This document shows, piece by piece, positions 60,501-64,000 of a stretch of DNA of 64,000 nucleotides. The notes below the pieces were generated by a model. The model worked only from the letters and a program-made list of their open reading frames with translations, was not told where the DNA came from and did not search any database. The position numbers and the translations under genes were made by a program. Numbering within the stretch: the first letter of the stretch is position 1; each line of letters opens with the position of its first letter. This stretch comes from Bradymonadia bacterium (GTDB lineage Bacteria; Myxococcota_A; Bradymonadia; UBA7976; UBA1532), in NCBI GenBank assembly GCA_046290225.1, contig JBKAGE010000078.1:384001-448000 (forward strand), written 5' to 3'.

Positions 60501-63500
60501 GCAGTGCTGGTGGGGTGATCCGGTGGGCCCTGCTGACCGGGTCAGCGGCAACGTCGACACCACCAACTTCCTGAACGACGGCACCGAGTACAGCTGGCTG
60601 GACGCCGGCCCGAACGAGACCCTCTCCTACGGCATCAACACCCCTGTGTACGAGGGCTTGACCTCTACGGTCTGGGGCACCGGTGTGGACGAGGATGTGC
60701 TGTACGATGCTGAGGACCAGCAGCTCACCGTCTCTTACAACGGCATGGACGAGAACAAGTCCTTCCGAGCGCTGGTGGGCTACTACAACGGTGACGCCCG
60801 AACCACGGTTCAGACCCTCACCGACTTCGCCGGCCAGGTCATCCACGGCCCCATGCCTCTGCCCACTGGGCGGGCCACCCGCTTCCAGTACGGTCTGCCC
60901 CGTGCCGCTGGTGGCCAGCTTCAGCTGCTCTTCACCGCGACGCAGGGTGAGCGCGCCCTGCTGTCGAGCATTCTGCTCTTCGCCGACAACAGCGTGGACA
61001 CCACCGCCCCCACGGTGACCATCGCCCGACCCGAAGCCAGCGACATCCTGTCCGCCGACACCCACAGCATCGGCGGCGTCGTCTCCGACGACGACACTGT
61101 CGTCAGCGTCGAGGTGGGCATCGAAAAGGACGGGGCGCTGACCTGGCACCGCGCAGACAACTTCAGCAACGGCCACTGGCAGTTCCGCTGGAACCCCTCT
61201 GAGGGTGTCTACACGCTCCGGGCCCGCGCTCTGGATCAGACAGGCAACCTCGGGGTGGCCAGCCCGGTCACCGTCACCGTGGACACCACTCCGCCCCTCG
61301 CCCCCACCAACCTCCGGGTCAACCAGGTGGCTGGCGCCTTGCGGGCCACCTGGTCGCGCTCCTTCGAGGACGCCAGCGGCCAGAACGGAGTCGTGCGCTA
61401 CGACATTCTGCGGAGCACGCGCCTGGACGACGAGTACGTGGCCATTGGTCAGGTGCCCGCCGGCGTGGCCCAGTACGACGATCTCAACGTGCAGAACGGT
61501 GAGCTCTGGCACTACCGGGTCCGTGCCGTGGACGCTGCGGGCAACACCGCCACCAGCAGCCCCTACGGCCCGGTTGAGGTGAACCAGAGCTTCGATGACA
61601 CCCCGCCGGAGGAGGCCTCGAACCTCACGGCTCAGGCCAGCCACCTCGACGGCGTCACCTCTGCCTTCCTGCGGTGGAGTGGCAGCCCAGACAGCGACGG
61701 CGATCTGATCGGGTATCGGATCTCGGTCTCCGCCGACAACGGCACCACCTGGGGCTCCTTGGCCCCGGCCTTCAACAACAACGCCTACACGACCGTGGGC
61801 ACGGCCATCCGCAGCCACCAGATCCCAGGTCTCTCCGTGGGCAGCACCTACACCTTCCGGATTCAGGCGGTGGACGCCTCCCAGAACGTGAGCGCGGGAA
61901 TCACCACGGACCTCACCGTCAACGGCGGCGAGTTCATCGAGCTGAGCGGCAACATTCAGGGCACCACCACCCTCGGCGCCGGTGTCTACGTCTTCAACTC
62001 AGTCACCGTGCCTCAGGGTGCACAGCTGCTCTTCGGCCCCGGCGCGATCATCAAGATGCGCTCCAACACACGCCTCAACGTGCAGGGCCTGATGCGGGCC
62101 GTGGGCTCCGAGCAGCAGCCCGTCGTCTTCACCGCCTTCGATGATGACTCCATCGGCGGCGACACCAACGGCGATGGCTTCTCGGAGAGCGCCCCTGGTT
62201 ACTGGCGCGGCATCTACTTCTACAACACCGCCGATCATCTGCGCTCTCTGATGCAGTTCGCCGAGATCCGGTTCGGTGGCCGCTCGGGTCAGGCCTCGTT
62301 GAGCGTCGAAGCCTCCATGGAGATCACGGACACCCGGATCCTCGACGGCGACGCCTACGGCATCTACGTACACAACTCCACCCCCACCTTCCGACGGGTG
62401 GAGGTGCGCAATCACCGGCTCGACGGGGTCTACCTGACCTCCGCCAACGCCCACCTTGAAGACTGCGTGGTGGCGGAGAATGACAACCACGGTGTCTTCA
62501 CGCAGTTCAGCCACCCCGGCTTCGAGGGCTGCGAGATCACCGACAACGCCAAGTACGGCATCTACTATGCCTATGCTGGCTACTCAGTTGCGACGTTCAA
62601 CAACAACACCATCACGGGCAACCACACCAGCGTCCGTATCCCGGTGAACGGCCTCACTGGTGAGAACAACGTCCTCACCCCGAACACCCGCGCGGTGGTC
62701 GAGATCTCCGGTCAGACGGTGAGCTCGGATCTGCGCCTCAGCGTGCTCGCCGACGACACCCCCGATCGGATGAACACCTACTACCTGATCTCCGACATGA
62801 CCATGGCCGGCGGCACCCGGATCGAGTTCGACCCCGGCGTGGTGATGAAGTTCGGCGCCAACGCCCGACTCACCGTACGTGGCGAGATCGCCGCTCGAGG
62901 CACCCTGGCGCAGAAGGTGGTCTTCACCTCATACAAGGACGAGCAGCACGGCTACGATCTCACCAGCGACTCCACGCTGCCGGTGAGCGGCGAGTGGGAT
63001 GGTGTGTACCTCAACCGCGATGGCTTCGCCCCGCCCTCGCGGCTGGAGCACACCATCATCCGCTACGCCGACTACAACTTGTATGTTCAGAACGGGTTCC
63101 AGGTCCTCTCCACGGACTGCGAGCTCACCAACGCCCAGCACGATGGTCTCTACGCCTACATCGCCGATGTCGAGCTCATCGGCTGCCGCATCTGGGGCAA
63201 CTCCGGTGACGGCGCCGAGATCAACCACCCGAACACGTACGTGGCCATCACCTTCAGCCACATCTCGTCCAACGGCGAGGACGGCGTGGAGATCCACAAC
63301 AGCGGCCGGGCCGATCTGCAGAACAACCGCTTCTTCCAGAACGGCTCCCGGGCGCTGAACAACCGCACCGGCAACGTCATCGACGCTGGCCAGAGCTGGT
63401 GGGGTGACAACGACGGCAGCGGCCCCTACCACGCCGACGACAACCCCAACGGCATTGGCGACGGGGTGAGCGACAACGTCACGTTCTTGCCCTTCGTGGT

Positions 63501-64000
63501 CGATCCGCCCTTCGAGTACGGGTACCGCAACTTCTCGGCGAGCGCCCCGAGCACCGCCGGTGGCCTGCCGGCCCCCACCGTCACCTTCGGCACCATCGGT
63601 GAGGAGTCCGACGCCTGGGATGCACAGGCCCGCCCCCCGTACACCATGGCCTTCGACAACGAGCTGGTGCAGGTGTCCTTCACCGGTCTCGATCCGAACC
63701 GGCGCTACAAGGCCCGCGTGACCTACTACAACGGCGACGCCACCAACACCAACCAGAGCCTCGCCGATGGTGAGGGCCGGCCGATCCACCCGAGCTACAT
63801 CATGCCTCGGGCCCGACCGGTGCAGTACGAGTTCCCCATCGCCCAGGCCTACACCAGCAGCGGCGAGATGCAGCTCAACGTGGTGAACGAGAACCCCAAC
63901 AACTCCATCCGCGGGGCCATCTCCCAGGTGTGGATGATCGAGGATCTCGCCGAGGTGTCTCCGCCCCGCTTCGAGCTGGTGTCGTTCAACGACGTGGACG
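51586..64000 (+). CDS. Giant secreted modular protein (>4138 aa, runs off window): repeated right-handed beta-helix + beta-sandwich + Ig-like + FN3 modules
   Basis: GGAGGT RBS; signal MRIRHAVVVCLLWTVGLFVAPAAA-Q; frame 1 reads open at every point checked to 64000, and the ORF track lists no closed ORF in this frame; 10 FTSxxDD..GGD.N.DG motifs, 4 WWG..GP motifs, FN3 Y.YRV...D..GN motifs. Confidence 0.9.
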   Translation, partial: MRIRHAVVVCLLWTVGLFVAPAAAQVAEHSGTITAQTTWSAEVTHLITGDVTVNADVILNIDPGTVIKFRSGTRLTVNGAMIARGVEGGEIYFTSYRDDEIGGDTNGDGPSYGRPGDWEYIRFSSTVAADVTKLEHVHVRYAGQGNFTGIYLESAPITFRDGSITDSSAHGLYLTSANALIERNVFARNGLDGIWMQHSYPTIHDNTISENNDGVSVQYSAPDLVGNTIVNNRGWGINYRSSATSTVLSGNTITGNLRPARIPASALPNLEDGNTFVPNQIPALWIYAGTRNSDIRLPVLRDGDSVLRTYYVHNGRLRITDGHTFTVDPGVVMKFGNDSGLQIEGTMNAIGTADEEIVFTSVYDDSYGGDLGANGGRHPARRDWYGLLFSSAEEVNLEHTRVLHAGDNQGAIQLNSTTLNMTHSEIAFSYAQGLYFYGNGNTLTFDNVDIYGCRGDGMYFQSNGTFNGTNMRVFANGDDGIHTDHSAAITITGAIFGNRGHGVRGSGSAVLTAQDVWWGAADGPSGDGPGSGDSIVNQVDASNPRGVGDRYSYLDAGPNNTTGGDLATPNVVQGLPSVEFGTSRDYDLLYDLDQVIVDFGAVNTARALEAILVYHNNDSTANVGGNVQQLLDGNGDLLHGPIELGSSLPHAIKVPIPATAYDNEPLRLQVDKVFGQRAVLAEVYLLERDGGADVPTSSITSPANGDRLAGSTIEVKGQSNAASGVTQIEVGVDGGDGFTWHPVASVDGNNWIFRWSTPVDGTYTLTARALSSSGNWEVAGAGIQVIVDNTAPDAATEVYAYDTPVDAGGRIEVRWTDSASSDVALYRVERKAADEIFYTELGTTVQPQWSDATAVNNVFYTYRIVTEDLTGNRTTSEESAPAQAILNGGADATPPENVTNLSAFAGDGFVQLNWTRSVDSANDLADQLIQASVDGGASWGVVAPNYNDAGAVTVNKLTKAYFFDGLANGTTYRFRVLTRDSSNNVSAGVATDDLTPDANLFNQVSGTISSDTVWSAGVFYVSSDLTINDGATLYIEPGVVVKLKSSVRILVRGGFQAIGTAQAPITITAYADDSVGGDTNKDGPSQGTPGAWERIQFDYADDSVLRHVNIRYAGQGNISSIYAHRSNYELTDVTITDSSSHGIYNDSASPTIRRTVITDCNNEGIYLNGTNGSAPVITDTRVERCSHGLRFSSAGPVLENNTLRDNVGYGIYFNNTTSGPVIRGNTIDGNRTGVRLPFAMVPSVEDGNVIGPNDRDVLEIVGNSRSTSLELGTDHVYYVVSGDASVASGAALTLQPGVIWKSQGRLRIYGGLYAVGTAESPIIMTSYRDDEFGGDTNNNGLSSGAPADWRELRIESTALVFLTRLEHVHTRYGRGLVIDTQRDIVVRNSKFNHHSGNGLNSNNASPTIIDSEFNHNTSLGMYFGHGGSPTLIGNTVSNNGTDGIQSYAPFAAFDDNTVTDNSTWGVRFLHNVHTAKPTGNVITGNRHSMYISARSLPNPEDNNVFAPNEVNGLWIYGDVVSRDLNLSVQQAEVNGPALTTYVINGSLNINNGYTLDIGPGTIFKFSSTSGRLYIYSDATLNVAGTAEQPVYFTSDEDDIGGDINRDGDSNVGQPGQWDHIYIQGTANIDHAHIRYTNDGSSALYFSGATALVRNSIISDSRYDGIQAHSSNLTLENTSVYGNLRRGIYLSNSETTITGGEIIANTSHGIESVNHVSTNVSGTSIFANQGVGFTSNRASTARNVWWGAADGPSGEGSGAGDDVSANVDFADHLQDGRRFLYIDAGPTVSTDGDLVNAPVVAQGTPTTDWGNSPSTRSLYDADEVRLEFDEIAGGSSLEVIARYLNADSASAVGGNRQTMQLGDGTQVHGATAVGASYAQTRRAFLPSVAGPLTLKVVRESGYRTAFSEMWLMESAGSADSDAPISQITSPAPGQSLSGSVFIITGVVADTSALHAVEIGVDSGGGPSWRPVTQWAPDGSFNYRWSLPEDGNYTLYARATDAAGNVEVPAAGVLVTIDRHPPEPVESVGATVTVDGQDTHITVGWSLSPDDGAGDDDVAEYIIERRIEGLVDFDPVGTTAGGADRLVDTTVVAGVPYEYRVITVDDAGNQTPSNAVSSGVATTDGVDATIPADATDLVATAGNASVSLSWTASVDEDLDIFLQQVSVSADGGITWGANAPLFNDGQAFTFSNRLTNYLVGGLTNGSPYHFRLQMVDAAGNTSPGIQAGPTTPTEDAFIRISSHISTDARWAAGVFVVAGDIQVRSGATLTIDRGVIVKFEPGSSLRVQSGSRLIANGVAGDEIVFTSVRDDSVGGDTNGDGDSSAPAANDWENVMFSDAADGNRMSHFVLRYAGSRGIGGLYSERSSVAITDCSISSTSSYGIYFYQGGASEISRCDISNTTHSGIYAFQATMDMEDNEIFETNHGIEVYSGTTEIIGNTLRDNRGHGVFFHTVGATSVLEDNVITRNVTPVRVPFSAMPGLGSGNVMTDNSRAVIEVYGATRNDSLEVTPSHVIHQYSGNSTLSAGVVLRVQPGVVWKFTGGRLDIYGALYAVGTAEEPIYFTSYRDDAVGGDTNNNGTTTGVAGDWDRLYVRSQSLSFLTRLEHVHVRYGDGLLIENSPINVVDSRIDHSAQQCVYVDRNAPVITNTYMGDCRHDVIYAQSASPVLIGNTMERGTNGLNATWSTATLENNIFRDNRDWGVWFNQNTTMPVMTGNTVTGNLRSVHIPISGVPNTEDGNTFVPNEIDGLFIRGGTRSTPLRLSVQTVGDRSMNSYYFENVTMNAPMVIDPGVVLKFPDGHRLTMQDTLTAVGTAAEPIYFTSYRDDAIGGDMNNDGTSTPYAGAWRNVWLNNSDGHVIDHAEFRFCGSSTACLDVDNATLTLSNSTIMSSRYQGIDAWRSSTTMTNVDVLGHRGHGIYLHDSGTHDISNSRIFGNIGDGIQSHNTVVVTARNVEFFANGGNHIRHNGNQPMDAQQCWWGDPVGPADRVSGNVDTTNFLNDGTEYSWLDAGPNETLSYGINTPVYEGLTSTVWGTGVDEDVLYDAEDQQLTVSYNGMDENKSFRALVGYYNGDARTTVQTLTDFAGQVIHGPMPLPTGRATRFQYGLPRAAGGQLQLLFTATQGERALLSSILLFADNSVDTTAPTVTIARPEASDILSADTHSIGGVVSDDDTVVSVEVGIEKDGALTWHRADNFSNGHWQFRWNPSEGVYTLRARALDQTGNLGVASPVTVTVDTTPPLAPTNLRVNQVAGALRATWSRSFEDASGQNGVVRYDILRSTRLDDEYVAIGQVPAGVAQYDDLNVQNGELWHYRVRAVDAAGNTATSSPYGPVEVNQSFDDTPPEEASNLTAQASHLDGVTSAFLRWSGSPDSDGDLIGYRISVSADNGTTWGSLAPAFNNNAYTTVGTAIRSHQIPGLSVGSTYTFRIQAVDASQNVSAGITTDLTVNGGEFIELSGNIQGTTTLGAGVYVFNSVTVPQGAQLLFGPGAIIKMRSNTRLNVQGLMRAVGSEQQPVVFTAFDDDSIGGDTNGDGFSESAPGYWRGIYFYNTADHLRSLMQFAEIRFGGRSGQASLSVEASMEITDTRILDGDAYGIYVHNSTPTFRRVEVRNHRLDGVYLTSANAHLEDCVVAENDNHGVFTQFSHPGFEGCEITDNAKYGIYYAYAGYSVATFNNNTITGNHTSVRIPVNGLTGENNVLTPNTRAVVEISGQTVSSDLRLSVLADDTPDRMNTYYLISDMTMAGGTRIEFDPGVVMKFGANARLTVRGEIAARGTLAQKVVFTSYKDEQHGYDLTSDSTLPVSGEWDGVYLNRDGFAPPSRLEHTIIRYADYNLYVQNGFQVLSTDCELTNAQHDGLYAYIADVELIGCRIWGNSGDGAEINHPNTYVAITFSHISSNGEDGVEIHNSGRADLQNNRFFQNGSRALNNRTGNVIDAGQSWWGDNDGSGPYHADDNPNGIGDGVSDNVTFLPFVVDPPFEYGYRNFSASAPSTAGGLPAPTVTFGTIGEESDAWDAQARPPYTMAFDNELVQVSFTGLDPNRRYKARVTYYNGDATNTNQSLADGEGRPIHPSYIMPRARPVQYEFPIAQAYTSSGEMQLNVVNENPNNSIRGAISQVWMIEDLAEVSPPRFELVSFNDVD

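Noticed and set aside
52384..63789. Long minus-strand ORFs (1127, 633 and 848 aa)
   Set aside because: Shadows of the real + strand giant gene, which has the signal peptide, RBS and domain repeats

Overview
High-GC bacterial chromosome segment, most consistent with Myxococcota or a related delta-proteobacterial predator (Cys-rich lipoproteins, Pro-Asp stalk repeats, AgmK-like giant TPR protein, EpsX/EpsY-type export module). From left to right: a coupled operon of a YqiJ/NfeD-like protein, a flotillin, an 1827-aa AAA+ ATPase and YheU; envelope and housekeeping genes (DJ-1/PfpI, DUF2914, MepA-LysM, DEDDh exonuclease, thrS, tmk, psd); a 3834-aa TPR protein; an HDOD gene divergent from a small secreted-protein gene that has a sigma54 promoter and a c-di-GMP-I (GEMM) riboswitch with an atypical binding-pocket base; a LonC-type protease, orphan clpX, a lapB-like gene and rpsA; a four-gene polysaccharide priming/export cluster; an M23 peptidase; and tRNA-Gly(GCC). 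After the tRNA come a lower-GC segment with a HExxH metallopeptidase and a multi-hairpin leader, then a >4100-aa modular secreted beta-helix/Ig/FN3 protein that runs off the right end and is missing from the ORF track. No CRISPR array, integrase or transposase was seen. All family assignments come from motif recognition by eye, not database searches.
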